Numbered from the stretch's first letter, positions 1-10,692 are shown. The stretch is DNA of 59,816 nt from an uncultured virus (IMG/VR IMGVR_UViG_3300042922_000886) (IMGVR_UViG_3300042922_000886:62001-121816), one strand, 5' to 3'. Made by a program: numbers and translations. Notes: a model not told the origin generated them from the letters alone.

Positions 1-399
1 ATAAATCAAGTTTTTCAGGAGTTGGTTTTCACGACTATAAAAACTGCGAATTGTCTGTTTTGAAATTTGTTGACAATGAAAACAATGCTTACGTTTGTGA
101 AGGTTTACGTAATCTAAATAGTATTATTGAAAGAATTATGCAAAGAGTGAAAGACAATGCGATACAGTTACAAAGAATCGAAATCATCAATGTCGGAAGT
201 AATGTGTCATGATGGATAATAAATTTAAAATTGTCTGTTGTAAATGTGGAAGTGAAAGTCGTTGGTGGTATATCGAAAATGACTACACTTTGAGTCTTAA
301 ATGTAATAATGAAGATTGTGGAAACCAGAAAAATTATGAGGAAGATTAAAAGCAAATGAAAGGATTCTTGTATTGGATAAAATAAGAAAGGGCGGTTAA

Positions 400-1101
400 A
401 TGACAATAAGTTCTAAGCCTGTAAGTGCAAATATTTTATATAAAGTGGTTGATGAAAAAATATATAAGTTATGCTCAATATGTGAAGAATATAAGCCAAT
501 GAATGAGGAGAATTATAGTAAAAATAAAACCAATAAACGTGATGGCTTTCATCCTTACTGTAAACCTTGCAACAGTAGAAAATCTAGGCAATGGGAAATT
601 GATAATCCTGAAAAATATAAAGCGTTAAATAAAACAAAATTGCCTAGTAAGAATCCAGTTAGATTGGAACGCTTACGAACATATAGAAAGACTGAAAAAT
701 CTAAAGATTATATGACTGATTGGCGCAATAACAATAAAGATAAAATAAAAACATACAATGCATATAGATTGCAACACAAGACTCATGAGATAAGTCATAA
801 AGAGTGGGAATATTGCAAAACTTATTTCAATAACAGATGTGCTTATTGTGGTCTACACTACAATGATCATTACCGAATGTACGCAGGTGAACCCCAAAAA
901 ATTGATTTACACAAAGAACACGTTGACCACTTTGGTAGTAATAAAATTGATAATTGCGTCCCATCTTGTTTGTCTTGTAATTCAAAGAAACACAATAAAG
1001 AATTAGTTAGTTGGTATAATGAAAAAAATGTAAATTTTACGCAATATCGAATCCAAAGAATATATTTATGGCTTGCGGAAGACTATAAGAAAATCCAATA
1101 A
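400..1101 (+). CDS. HNH endonuclease
   Basis: N-terminal CxxC pairs; C-terminal CAYCG...EHVDH...N...NCVPSCLSCNSKK HNH motif. Confidence 0.85.
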   Translation: MTISSKPVSANILYKVVDEKIYKLCSICEEYKPMNEENYSKNKTNKRDGFHPYCKPCNSRKSRQWEIDNPEKYKALNKTKLPSKNPVRLERLRTYRKTEKSKDYMTDWRNNNKDKIKTYNAYRLQHKTHEISHKEWEYCKTYFNNRCAYCGLHYNDHYRMYAGEPQKIDLHKEHVDHFGSNKIDNCVPSCLSCNSKKHNKELVSWYNEKNVNFTQYRIQRIYLWLAEDYKKIQ

Positions 1102-1133
1102 AAGAAGTATTTTAAGGGGTGATGAAACGAAAA

Positions 1134-1286
1134 ATGAAAAACGCAAAAGAAATGAATCCCGCTGAACTTATTGATGAATTAGAGACACTTACATTGAAAC
1201 GATGGAATGCAAACTACACAGAAGGCTATAGACTTGATAATCGGTTAAGAGAACTTCGAATTGAAATGATGGAGAGAATGAAATAA
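1134..1286 (+). CDS. Small hypothetical protein (50 aa, MKNAKEMNPAELIDEL...)
   Basis: Read by hand; GGGGTGA RBS; bounded by junction palindromes. Confidence 0.6.
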   Translation: MKNAKEMNPAELIDELETLTLKRWNANYTEGYRLDNRLRELRIEMMERMK

Positions 1287-1316
1287 GTCATTTATTTGGA
1301 AAGGTGAGTTATAAAT

Positions 1317-1709
1317 ATGAATGTTTACAAAAGCCTTGGAGAAATTGTGAGTGATTATAATGCGGGTGTCTACAAGAGTACGCTGCCTTATCCTACCGGC
1401 AGATTTAGAGAGGATCATGTCTTTGATGAAGACCAATCAATAAAATGGAATAAAGATGAGGTTGTAAGAAGAAATAGCGAATACGACCAGAAAAGAAATG
1501 AGTACCGTGCTGATAACAATAGATTAGATAAGTTACTCAAAGATGATGTAACTTACAACTTGATTTATGATTTTGACTTGAATCAAGAACAGGCCGAATA
1601 TACTTATGACATTGCATATACTGAAAAGCATTCTAGTATGACTGACGTATTCTATTATGCGGTTGAATTAGCAGAGTATTTTGTGAAAATGAAAGTACTT
1701 GAAAGATGA
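1317..1709 (+). CDS. Hypothetical phage protein
   Basis: ORF track; AAGGTGA RBS. Confidence 0.7.
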   Translation: MNVYKSLGEIVSDYNAGVYKSTLPYPTGRFREDHVFDEDQSIKWNKDEVVRRNSEYDQKRNEYRADNNRLDKLLKDDVTYNLIYDFDLNQEQAEYTYDIAYTEKHSSMTDVFYYAVELAEYFVKMKVLER

Positions 1710-1746
1710 TAAAAGAGCGATTTTAATGGGAGGTGTGTTAGAGGAT

Positions 1747-2025
1747 ATGGATTGCCCGATTGATTTTGATTATAACAGATGCTCTTCAAAGGACTTCGGT
1801 TTGCAGTGTGATACATGTGTTCATGCTCCAGAGTTTCAAATTTATCAGCACGGTCTAATGTGGGTTGTATCAGACGATAAATACATTGCAACCGGCAAGA
1901 CAAGAGATGGAGCAATTGACAACTTCATTGAACTATTAAATAAAGAGTATGCTCGGTTGAAGCAAAAGGTCGATCAGGATATTCAAGAATCAAGAACGAA
2001 GCATCGGAAACTATGGAATTACTGA
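1747..2025 (+). CDS. Hypothetical Cys-containing protein
   Basis: ORF 1699..2025 with start moved downstream of the junction palindrome and RBS. Confidence 0.6.
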   Translation: MDCPIDFDYNRCSSKDFGLQCDTCVHAPEFQIYQHGLMWVVSDDKYIATGKTRDGAIDNFIELLNKEYARLKQKVDQDIQESRTKHRKLWNY

Positions 2026-2073
2026 GCAAATGAAAAAGCAATTTTATTTAATAAAACTATTCAATATAAATTA

Positions 2074-2391
2074 ATGAATAAAGAGGTGCGCTGCATGACA
2101 ATTATTCGTAAACGATTTATTGAACGAGACTATCTTTTTAAAAAGATCATGCTGAATAGCGAAGCAATTACGGAATCCATGGCCAATGAATTGTTGGACG
2201 ACATGAAATGCCCATTTGCTGATTATACTTTTTATTTCATTCCCATTGGAGCAGGATGGAGAACGGAAATCAAAGATAACGATTCGGGAATGCTTGTGCC
2301 GGTATCAGATATAACAGGATTTGCAAATGATTTTTATATTAAACAACTAATCGAACTTACAAAGAACAAACTCCAACAACAAATTGCGTGA
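2074..2391 (+). CDS. Hypothetical protein
   Basis: ORF track; GAGGTG RBS before internal Met. Confidence 0.6.
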   Translation: MNKEVRCMTIIRKRFIERDYLFKKIMLNSEAITESMANELLDDMKCPFADYTFYFIPIGAGWRTEIKDNDSGMLVPVSDITGFANDFYIKQLIELTKNKLQQQIA

Positions 2392-2585
2392 GGTGGATGT
2401 GTATGAGTATAGTTGACTTCGCAAAGAACATTTTAAAGGTTCCTCTGAATTTCTACCAAGTAGAACTTCTTGAATTGCTGCAGATCAGCGGAGATAGTGC
2501 CTTTTACTCTTCACGTCCACGCACACACGGCATGCTACTGATCCATGAGATTTACCAAAAATACAAGAACGCAGATTCAATGTAA
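2388..2585 (+). CDS. Hypothetical protein
   Basis: ORF track; overlaps upstream stop. Confidence 0.55.
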   Translation: MRWMCMSIVDFAKNILKVPLNFYQVELLELLQISGDSAFYSSRPRTHGMLLIHEIYQKYKNADSM

Positions 2586-2603
2586 TCTTCTGATAAGGAG
2601 AGG

Positions 2604-2795
2604 TTGGAGTCAGTGAGATGTAATGTATTCAGAAGATTAATGGATAGAATCAAGAGACAGAAGATACATGCTTCGGTAAATCGTATATGTGAAATTCAAT
2701 CAGAGGAAATAAACTTGCTGAGGGCTGAGAACCAATTGCTAAAGAGAATGATAGCAATGTTGGAGGAGGAAAATAAAAAAAAGAATAAAGACTAA
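2604..2795 (+). CDS. Hypothetical coiled-coil protein
   Basis: ORF track; AAGGAG RBS. Confidence 0.55.
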   Translation: MESVRCNVFRRLMDRIKRQKIHASVNRICEIQSEEINLLRAENQLLKRMIAMLEEENKKKNKD

Positions 2796-2834
2796 GGTTA
2801 CGGTTCATGTGCCAATAGTCCATAAGAGGCTCAG

Positions 2835-2898
2835 GTATACAAAAAGTATACGAGTATACAGTAGAATACCATTGATTTTATAAGGAGTGAAAGTATAC
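2835..2898. promoter_or_regulatory. Cluster of four GTATAC palindromes upstream of the RHH/coiled-coil gene (putative autoregulatory operator)
   Basis: GTATAC at 2835, 2846, 2854 and 2893. Confidence 0.5.
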
Positions 2899-2902
2899 CT
2901 TT

Positions 2903-3733
2903 ATGTCAGATATCCAGAAGCATACGACAATTAAAGTAAACGATGACATTAAAGATCGAATCAATACTTTGGTCGAAGAGTTGGGTGCCAGTAGTCAAAA
3001 AGATGCGATGGATTATTTGTTAGGTTTACATGCAGTCAAAAGAGAAATTGAGAGCGGTAAAGAAATTCCTCGGATCACTGACATGAAGTATCACTTTGCT
3101 CGTATCGAAGGTATTTTCACTGAGTTTGTACTAACATCAAGAGACCGTGAGGTTTTTGATGCTGAGACCATTAGTATACTGAAACAAACTATAGAAGATC
3201 AAAAGATCCAACTGTATGACAAGTCGATTGAGAATAGTAGTCTGAGAGAAAATTATGATCAATCTATGCAAGAGTTGACTACTAGGCACGAAAATGAAAT
3301 ATCTGTTTACTCTGCTGAATTTGACAGAGTAAAAGGTGTAAGTGCTCTTGTTAAAGAAAATACAGCCAAAGAACTTAAACAGATGGAGCAGCTGGTCGAG
3401 CAGTATAAGGAGTCAAAAGAGCAAGCTGAGAAGTTAGTCAAGTTAGCACAAGAAGCAAGCGAAAATGCTCAAAATAAACTTAATGAATATTCAAATAAGG
3501 TGAAGGAATATGACTTGCTTCAACAAGTGAATGAGGATCTGAAAAGCAAATTATCAGAAATTAAGAATTTGCTTAAAGGAAAAGAGTATGAATGCAAAGA
3601 AGCGATATTGACTACCGAGAGAAAGCGTCTCGAACAGGTTGGTAAATTGCGTGAAGAGTTAGCGTCTCAAAGAGAAATATATGCTGAACTCAAGATCGAA
3701 TCATCTCGGTTAAGAGGAGCACACGATAAATAA
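2903..3733 (+). CDS. Coiled-coil protein with N-terminal ribbon-helix-helix-like DNA-binding segment (KfrA-like architecture)
   Basis: HTTIKVNDDIKDRINTL strand-helix start; long E/K/Q heptad-rich remainder. Confidence 0.6.
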   Translation: MSDIQKHTTIKVNDDIKDRINTLVEELGASSQKDAMDYLLGLHAVKREIESGKEIPRITDMKYHFARIEGIFTEFVLTSRDREVFDAETISILKQTIEDQKIQLYDKSIENSSLRENYDQSMQELTTRHENEISVYSAEFDRVKGVSALVKENTAKELKQMEQLVEQYKESKEQAEKLVKLAQEASENAQNKLNEYSNKVKEYDLLQQVNEDLKSKLSEIKNLLKGKEYECKEAILTTERKRLEQVGKLREELASQREIYAELKIESSRLRGAHDK

Positions 3734-3762
3734 AATAAATAACAGAATAGGAGTTACTATAA

Positions 3763-4062
3763 ATGAAACTTGAAAAGTACCTTGAGGAAAACCATCCTGA
3801 TGTGCTTGGTCAATATCGTGCATTTATTAGAAAAGATACACTTCCCAAAATCGGGGTTACTGTAAAGACCATTCGAGGTGGATTTGGTGACTGGAAGGGT
3901 GGACGGCATCTTAGAGTAGTAGGTTATGGATATAAGGGAGAGAAAAGTGGTGGCGCGACATGGGGCGATAACTTCATCGTCTTAAGAGGGGATAGTCGGA
4001 AGGATGAGTACCTTTCAAGAATGGACGAATGGTGGAACGACTTTGTTATTGTGAATGAATGA
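3763..4062 (+). CDS. Hypothetical protein
   Basis: ORF track; AGGAG RBS. Confidence 0.7.
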   Translation: MKLEKYLEENHPDVLGQYRAFIRKDTLPKIGVTVKTIRGGFGDWKGGRHLRVVGYGYKGEKSGGATWGDNFIVLRGDSRKDEYLSRMDEWWNDFVIVNE

Positions 4063-4085
4063 ATTCACTATTTCATCGGAGGAAT

Positions 4086-4556
4086 ATGATGGAACAAATT
4101 AGCAAATACCACTATAAAACTTACGTAGGTTTCAAAGAGGATAATGGATATAGAATGAGTTGGAATTCAAGTCATCCAGATCTTGAGCCAACAGAAACAT
4201 TCAGTTTAGGTTATACAGATGTTTATTGTGTCTATTGTTGTGGTCAAGCGTATCCAATTCAAGCAGGACTAAAAGGAGTTGTATACGGCTACACCAAAAA
4301 CTATGATGTGACCGGTTATACATGTATCTGTGAAGCAGCCGAGAATGAAAAGTTACAAAGAAAAGAATTGAAGGAGTTACAAGAAAGACATAAAAAAGAA
4401 GAATTAGAACTGATGAGAAAGTTTCAACCACTTCTAAAGCAGGATAAACGGAAACGTCTTGAATTGAAGCATAAACGAGAATTGTATGAGCTTGAAAATG
4501 ATGAGAAATACGAAAGACAGATGTCGTTGAGAAGTAATGAAGTAGTTAGGAAATAA
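4086..4556 (+). CDS. Hypothetical protein with CxxC and coiled-coil tail
   Basis: ORF 4059..4556 with start moved to ATG after GGAGG. Confidence 0.7.
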   Translation: MMEQISKYHYKTYVGFKEDNGYRMSWNSSHPDLEPTETFSLGYTDVYCVYCCGQAYPIQAGLKGVVYGYTKNYDVTGYTCICEAAENEKLQRKELKELQERHKKEELELMRKFQPLLKQDKRKRLELKHKRELYELENDEKYERQMSLRSNEVVRK

Positions 4557-4569
4557 AATCGGTAATTCG

Positions 4570-5037
4570 TTGGGAGTTGAAAATAAAAATATGCAGGATA
4601 TAAATATAGTGATTCAATGGTTAAAAGAAGGAAAAAAGATTCGACCAAAGCAGCGCAATATGATGATACAAACATCTGCCCCATGTATAAAATTGACTTT
4701 TAAAGATGGAACATCAAAATTAAGTGGTTTTTCACCAACAAGTGATTATTATGGCGCTGGCTGGATTGAAGTACAAGCAAATGATAAGGATATTGCCAAA
4801 GTTGAGATTGTTGGTTATGGATCTGACAGAGTATATAAAGTGGAGTACATTTATTTCAATCCTCAATGTAATAGAACTCTGTGCAGATTGACAACAGGAG
4901 AAACTGCAGATTATCCATTCGATTTGACAGATTTTATCTATGATGAGTTTGAAATTGTCACTGATGTTGAACCACTTTTATTGACACTAAAAGAAGTTGA
5001 GTTAAAGTTTGGAAGACCAGTTCGGATTATTGGATAA
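4570..5037 (+). CDS. Hypothetical protein
   Basis: ORF track. Confidence 0.65.
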   Translation: MGVENKNMQDINIVIQWLKEGKKIRPKQRNMMIQTSAPCIKLTFKDGTSKLSGFSPTSDYYGAGWIEVQANDKDIAKVEIVGYGSDRVYKVEYIYFNPQCNRTLCRLTTGETADYPFDLTDFIYDEFEIVTDVEPLLLTLKEVELKFGRPVRIIG

Positions 5038-5097
5038 GCAATAAAATTTGTGTTTCATCTTATAAAACCAAAATTAAACTAAAGGGAGAACTAGTAA

Positions 5098-7137
5098 ATG
5101 GAATTTAAACAATTCAAGGATATGCTGCAAGCAAATTTTCAACAAATGTCTAAAGAAGTAACGCACTTATTTGAAGTGAACTTGGATAAGGATGAACTCT
5201 GGAACTTATACTTAGACAGTTTCCCAGATGGAACTAATTTGATTTTCAGAGAACGTAGAGAATACGACTGCTCTTGCTGTAGACAATTTGTTAAAAATAT
5301 TGGCAATGCAGTTGTGATTAAAAACAATACATTAACTACCATTTGGGATTTTCAAACTAATGACGAGAAATTCCAACCTGTTCTCGATGTGCTATCTTCG
5401 TTTGTTAAATCTAAAGCCGTTTCTGACGTATACATTAGCAAATTTAAGAAGATGGGAACAGATAAGAATTTCGAAGAGGCTAACGGTAGTGCGAAGGAAT
5501 GGCAGCACCTTTACCTTGAACTCCCTGATAAATATGTAGATAAGAGTTCTCGCTCTGAAGGTGATATTAAGGGAACTTATCGTGACACCAGAAATGTCTT
5601 CAAGAGATCCTTAGATGAAATTACTGAAGATAGTCTTCTAACTGTTCTGGAACTCATTTCACAAAACTCGCTCTATAAAGGCGAAGAGTGGAAATCGGCA
5701 TTGACTGAATTCCATAAGCACAAGAAAGAATACAACAAGTTACCAACTCAACAAGAAAAATCAAATTATGCTTGGGAACAATCTGTAAAAGTTGGTGGTG
5801 CTATCGGTAGAATACGAAACCATAGCATGGGTACATTGCTGATTAACCTGAGCGAAGGAATGGATCTTGATACAGCCATTAGAAAGTACGAAGTAATTGT
5901 TGCTCCGTCTAATTACAAAAGGCCGAAAGCAATCTTTACTAAGAAGATGTTAGATGATGCAAAAGAAACGTTGCAGCAACTTGGATATATGGATTCACTA
6001 AATCGGCGTTTCGCTACATTGGACGATATTACAGTCAATAATATTTTGTTCTCCAATAAAGATTCTGCGAAACGAATTAACGGTTCGGATGTATTCGATG
6101 AAATGTTGGGCGAAGTTGCTATTAATCCAAAGAAATTTTCTAAAGTTGAAGAAATTCCGGTTGAAGCATTTATCAAAGAAGTGCTGCCGACATCTAAGGA
6201 AGTCGAAGTGCTCCTTGAAAACAAACATTCCAACAACATGGTTTCCTTGATTGCTCCAGAAAATAAGGACGCCAAGACTATGTTTAAATGGAGAAACGGA
6301 TTTAGTTGGGCATACTCTGGAAACATTACCGACAGTGAAATGAAAGATCGAGTGAAGTCAGCAGGTGGCAATGTAGAAGGGGTATTGCGATTCTCGATTC
6401 AATGGAATGACGGCAATTTCAACGGTAATGATTTCGACGCTCACTGTATCGAGCCAAATGGCAATCAAATTTATTACGGTAGCAAGAAAAACTGGGCCAC
6501 TACTGGTGAATTGGATGTAGATATCATTCGTCCCGAAAGAAGCAAGCCAGCAGTTGAAAATATTACATGGACAAATAGAGATAAGATGGTAAAAGGAACT
6601 TATAAATTCTTTGTTCACTGCTACTCTAACAATGGCGGTCGGGATGGATTTAAGGCAGAGATCGAGTTCGGTGGACAAATTTATTCCTTTGAATACAACA
6701 AAGAACTTCGTCAAGGCGAGAAGGTGCATGTTGCAGAAGTTACTTTCGATCAAGATGGATTTACAGTTAATGAAAAACTGCCTTCCAATGTATCCTCTCG
6801 CGACATTTGGAATGTAAAATCGAATCAATTTGTTCCGGTTTCGGTCGTCATGTATTCGCCTAACTATTGGGATGAGCAGCATGGCATTGGACATAAGCAT
6901 TATTTCTTCATGTTGAAAGATTGCGTTAATCCTGAAAATCCAAATGGATTTTACAATGAATTCTTGAAGGAGGAGTTAGTTCAACACAAACGAGTATTTG
7001 AAGCATTGGGCGGCAAGATGGCAGTTAAAGATGTAGATGATCAATTGTCGGGTGTTGGATTCTCTTCGACAAAACGAAATGAGCTGTTGGTAAAAGTAAA
7101 AGGGCAAACCGAACGAGTATTGCAAATTAAATTCTAA
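5098..7137 (+). CDS. Large phage protein with N-terminal DCSCC motif and a YfaP/DUF2135-like beta domain
   Basis: 679 aa; DFDAHCIEP...ELDVD...AVENITW resembles the DUF2135 signature; GGGAG RBS. Confidence 0.65.
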   Translation: MEFKQFKDMLQANFQQMSKEVTHLFEVNLDKDELWNLYLDSFPDGTNLIFRERREYDCSCCRQFVKNIGNAVVIKNNTLTTIWDFQTNDEKFQPVLDVLSSFVKSKAVSDVYISKFKKMGTDKNFEEANGSAKEWQHLYLELPDKYVDKSSRSEGDIKGTYRDTRNVFKRSLDEITEDSLLTVLELISQNSLYKGEEWKSALTEFHKHKKEYNKLPTQQEKSNYAWEQSVKVGGAIGRIRNHSMGTLLINLSEGMDLDTAIRKYEVIVAPSNYKRPKAIFTKKMLDDAKETLQQLGYMDSLNRRFATLDDITVNNILFSNKDSAKRINGSDVFDEMLGEVAINPKKFSKVEEIPVEAFIKEVLPTSKEVEVLLENKHSNNMVSLIAPENKDAKTMFKWRNGFSWAYSGNITDSEMKDRVKSAGGNVEGVLRFSIQWNDGNFNGNDFDAHCIEPNGNQIYYGSKKNWATTGELDVDIIRPERSKPAVENITWTNRDKMVKGTYKFFVHCYSNNGGRDGFKAEIEFGGQIYSFEYNKELRQGEKVHVAEVTFDQDGFTVNEKLPSNVSSRDIWNVKSNQFVPVSVVMYSPNYWDEQHGIGHKHYFFMLKDCVNPENPNGFYNEFLKEELVQHKRVFEALGGKMAVKDVDDQLSGVGFSSTKRNELLVKVKGQTERVLQIKF

Positions 7138-7163
7138 ATTAAACTAAGGAGATGTTTTAGATT

Positions 7164-7556
7164 ATGACAAATGCAAATATGTTTGAGGTAGCAGTTCGGA
7201 CTAAGATGCGGTTTCCGTTTAAAGGCGTAATTTCTGTAGAGGATTTGTGGGATTTGTCGGTTGAGAATTTGGATACAATTTTCAAAACACTCAATTCGCA
7301 ACTGAAGCAAGTAAATGAAGAAAGTTTATTGAGCACAAAAACGAAAGAAGACAGAGAACTGGACGTAAAAATCGAAATCGTAAAATACATTGTTAATGTG
7401 AAATTGGAAGAGCGAGATAAGCAGCAAAAAGCGAAAGAGCAAAAGGAAAAGAAGCAGAAGATTCTTGAGCTAATCTCTAACAAACAAGATGAAGCCTTGC
7501 AAAATAAATCCATTGAAGAACTTCAAGCAATGCTTAACGAATTGGAAACTAAGTGA
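7164..7556 (+). CDS. Coiled-coil phage protein, probable partner of the upstream 679-aa protein
   Basis: RFPFKGVISVEDLWDL motif; tightly linked; AAGGAG RBS. Confidence 0.7.
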   Translation: MTNANMFEVAVRTKMRFPFKGVISVEDLWDLSVENLDTIFKTLNSQLKQVNEESLLSTKTKEDRELDVKIEIVKYIVNVKLEERDKQQKAKEQKEKKQKILELISNKQDEALQNKSIEELQAMLNELETK

Positions 7557-7846
7557 GGGAAAGTGGGGTGGTGGTTTCTTACCACTGCCCCATGAAACTC
7601 GTCTTACATTTGAAAGGAAATAGAAAATTGCATAAAAGATTAGCAGATAGATTTGTTAAAGCGAGACTTGTACGTCCGACAAATAAGTATTTCACACATG
7701 ATCAAGGTAGTTATGTAAATGGTAACTCACACAATACACTAGTGGAAGCAGAGATGTATCAACAAAAATATCCAAGCAGACGTATTGTGTTGATAACATG
7801 GCGTGGAGAATGGATTACAATCAAGAAAGGCAAATATGAAAGTTAA
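7553..7846 (+). CDS. Hypothetical basic protein
   Basis: ORF track. Confidence 0.5.
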   Translation: MRESGVVVSYHCPMKLVLHLKGNRKLHKRLADRFVKARLVRPTNKYFTHDQGSYVNGNSHNTLVEAEMYQQKYPSRRIVLITWRGEWITIKKGKYES

Positions 7847-7875
7847 TAAAATTCGTATTTTATTGGAGGGTTAGT

Positions 7876-8046
7876 ATGGAACTGAGTGGAAAGTTTGAAT
7901 TTCTGCGTAATATTGATAAATTGATTCAGCGATCAGAGAGATGGATTAAAGACGCTACTGAACGTAAGGACTGGAGTGATGTGGACCATTACAGCGGCCA
8001 AAAGAAAGCTTTTGAAGAAGTCAGGGATATGATTTTCGATCAATAA
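7876..8046 (+). CDS. Small hypothetical protein (56 aa, MELSGKFEFLRNIDK...)
   Basis: Read by hand; GGAGGG RBS; flanked on both sides by junction palindromes. Confidence 0.65.
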   Translation: MELSGKFEFLRNIDKLIQRSERWIKDATERKDWSDVDHYSGQKKAFEEVRDMIFDQ

Positions 8047-8165
8047 AATCCGCATTTTATAAAATAAAAATATAGAGTACTCATTTAATTTAATTAAGAA
8101 TACCTCTTATACATAACATATCAGTCACCTTAGAGAATGACAAAAAAATCAAAGAGGTGATTTTT

Positions 8166-8336
8166 ATTGGACGGTATTTATTGGAGAAAATGATTGGCTA
8201 CGATCCGAACACTAAAGTTGAAACTTGGCAAAAGGTAATGGAGAGCGATGATTTGGATACTCTAAAAGAATTTCTTGGTAATAATTATCGAATCATTGAT
8301 CGTGCAACTTCGACAATTAAAACTTCGAAAGAGTAA
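8166..8336 (+). CDS. Small hypothetical protein (possible ATT start, MGRYLLEKMIGYDPN...)
   Basis: Read by hand; GAGGTGA RBS 5 nt before ATT. Confidence 0.5.
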   Translation: MGRYLLEKMIGYDPNTKVETWQKVMESDDLDTLKEFLGNNYRIIDRATSTIKTSKE

Positions 8337-8394
8337 ATGAGAAGAATTGAACGATTTTAGAATTTTACAATAGAAGAATAAATCAGAAGAAATA

Positions 8395-8420
8395 TAAAAA
8401 ACCTGCCAAATCAGCAGGTC
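8395..8420 (-). terminator. Rho-independent terminator of the minus-strand moron
   Basis: ACCTGC/GCAGGT stem with adjacent A-run (U-tail on the minus strand). Confidence 0.55.
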
Positions 8421-8477
8421 GATATGGAACTCCTTTTTCTTCTTGTTGTTATTATTTTTTGTGCTATTGATCGAGAA

Positions 8478-9095
8478 CTACTTTGACAATATTTTACTTG
8501 CATTCGCAACAATATCTTTTTTTAGCTTCGCGTAGCCTTCGTTGTGTTTCTCTACTTCAGTTTCTCTTGCGTCCCTGTTGTCAAGATTATATTTTCCGTA
8601 GTGTGCACCAGCTACATGATATTTTTGCTCTTGTGCATTCCAACTCAAGAGGAACATATACTTAAGGCCGCTTTGGGCTTTTCTATAGTCTTCTAGTGGG
8701 GTTTCGATTTTACCCAGTTTTTCATCTTGTATAAATGCAGTTGTCTCAATAATCGGAATTACTTGATTGGCTTGAACATCTCCTTTGACATTTTTTAAAA
8801 TTCGTTCTACTCTAATGTCAGTTAAAGTTCTATTTACAACTACGTTAGCCGGTCCTTCATACGAGATTTTGTACGGTGCGCTATTCGGCGTTACAGTTGC
8901 CTCAACCACTAAATGAACATTACTATCGTTTAAAAGTTCTTCTGCACTGCTATAAGGATAAATCCAAGCAGCACTCGATCTCACTATTATTTCGTCATTC
9001 TTTTTATTATTTATGAAAATTAGGTAAACGACAGAAATTAGAATAATTAGAACTATAACAGTTATTAATGTTGCTTTTTTTGTTTGAACAGACAT
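8478..9095 (-). CDS. Membrane-anchored extracellular protein, partner of the metalloprotease
   Basis: Basic N-terminus plus single hydrophobic helix; GGGAGTGA RBS. Confidence 0.75.
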   Translation of the reverse strand: MSVQTKKATLITVIVLIILISVVYLIFINNKKNDEIIVRSSAAWIYPYSSAEELLNDSNVHLVVEATVTPNSAPYKISYEGPANVVVNRTLTDIRVERILKNVKGDVQANQVIPIIETTAFIQDEKLGKIETPLEDYRKAQSGLKYMFLLSWNAQEQKYHVAGAHYGKYNLDNRDARETEVEKHNEGYAKLKKDIVANASKILSK

Positions 9096-9148
9096 TAGAC
9101 ACGATCACTCCCTTTGTATGAACTAAAACTAACTGGTCATTTCAAATC

Positions 9149-9781
9149 CTAATAATCATTAAGAAATTTATATTGTGCGTGTTGAATATCAGTTGTTGTA
9201 AGTGTATAAGTTGAAGCACCAGCATTCATTACATTTGATCCCGTATGTGCAGGGGAATTAGTAAGGTGACTCACTCCTAAAGTATGACCGGTTTCATGCG
9301 TAACAATTGTATGTCTAAGTGATGGTCCGAATCCTGACAAGGTTTTAAGATAATCATGATGAATCACAACAATTGCATGTTTGTATCCTATGTCAGTACC
9401 TTCAACACTGTTTGAAATATCTAGATCTACTGAATTATAAAAGAATACTTGCCCACCTACTAATGGATCAAGTGTACCTATGTAGTATTTAATCTGAGCG
9501 TTTGATTCTGAACTGCTGTTGAAAGATGGTATATAAGCTTGTGGTCCCCACTGAGACACAGCTTCTGTCACAGAGTCACTGTAGCCATATTGTGTTATTG
9601 AGAGGTCGCTCCAGTAACCTAATGAACTAGGAGCCGATGAGTAACCTTCAAATTTACCTCCATACAAGTGGCACCCATTGCACTGAGTGTAATCTGCTGA
9701 TGCAGGAACCGATGAAAAAGATGCAAGCAGTATAATAAACATAATCGTGTAAATCTTATATTTTTTTCTCTTTGGGGACAT
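9149..9781 (-). CDS. Secreted metzincin (matrixin/M10-M57-like) zinc metalloprotease
   Basis: Signal peptide ending ASA; HETGHTLGVSH zinc motif; Met-turn NVMN; GGAGGT RBS. Confidence 0.85.
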   Translation of the reverse strand: MSPKRKKYKIYTIMFIILLASFSSVPASADYTQCNGCHLYGGKFEGYSSAPSSLGYWSDLSITQYGYSDSVTEAVSQWGPQAYIPSFNSSSESNAQIKYYIGTLDPLVGGQVFFYNSVDLDISNSVEGTDIGYKHAIVVIHHDYLKTLSGFGPSLRHTIVTHETGHTLGVSHLTNSPAHTGSNVMNAGASTYTLTTTDIQHAQYKFLNDY

Positions 9782-10241
9782 TACTATACCTCCATATTAT
9801 AAGTCTTTTTGAATACCTTGTGTCTTCATAAAAAATTACCAATTATTAAAGAACAATGTTCAACAAACAAACACTTAACAAGACTGAATCATTTTATTCC
9901 CTCCTATACTTTTTATTTTTCTAGGAACACCAACGATGATTTGCGTCCTTTCCGTTGAAACCATTCACCACCTTTTGTAATATATGGTACTATCAATTTC
10001 CAATATAAGTAAATGGTCGCCAAATACTATTTTTGACGCAAAAAAACCAATAAATTGTCGAATATGTAATTAAAAGGGCATGGTATTATAATACAGTTTT
10101 GTGAAAAGAAATCAACGTAAGTGGATGAATTATAATAAATAAATATATATAATAAATTATAATTGTTATACAATGTTATTGTAAATATATGGGGCGATTC
10201 GTGGTATAATTAAGGAATAAAAGTCTGATTTTAAGGGGAGA

Positions 10242-10433
10242 TTGGTGATGGTTCGTGCTTCTAGAAGTGATAGTTTGTTTTACAGTATTAAAGAACTTCA
10301 TGGGAAATATATAGTTGCATTGTATCGGCAAAACGGAGAAGAGATAAGGACATATGACCAACCTTTTAGTACAGAAGTAGATGCGATAAATGCGGCAAGA
10401 GTGGCAGTTAAAGTCTTTGAGGAGTCCAAGTGA
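10242..10433 (+). CDS. Hypothetical protein
   Basis: ORF track; downstream of extended -10 TGGTATAAT at ~10202-10210. Confidence 0.6.
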   Translation: MVMVRASRSDSLFYSIKELHGKYIVALYRQNGEEIRTYDQPFSTEVDAINAARVAVKVFEESK

Positions 10434-10666
10434 GACATACAACGAAACACGGATTTCATGGGAAAGGAAGAGAATACAAAATGAATGGTGCAGAAGTCCA
10501 AATCAGAGACAAAACATCCAGATTTGATGGGATGGTTGGAAGGATTGTGAAAGTCCAGAAGACACTGCAAGGAAACGATCTTTATATAGTAGCAATGAAT
10601 CCATTCATCTCTGAGTCATTCTTTCCTGATGAAGTGTTTGTTTTAGATGATCCAATAAAAAACTGA
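10430..10666 (+). CDS. Hypothetical small beta-barrel (KOW/SH3-like) protein
   Basis: GAEVQI...FDGMVGRIVKV pattern. Confidence 0.5.
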   Translation: MRHTTKHGFHGKGREYKMNGAEVQIRDKTSRFDGMVGRIVKVQKTLQGNDLYIVAMNPFISESFFPDEVFVLDDPIKN

Positions 10667-10692
10667 TTTTATAGGGGAGGAAATTATTAAAA

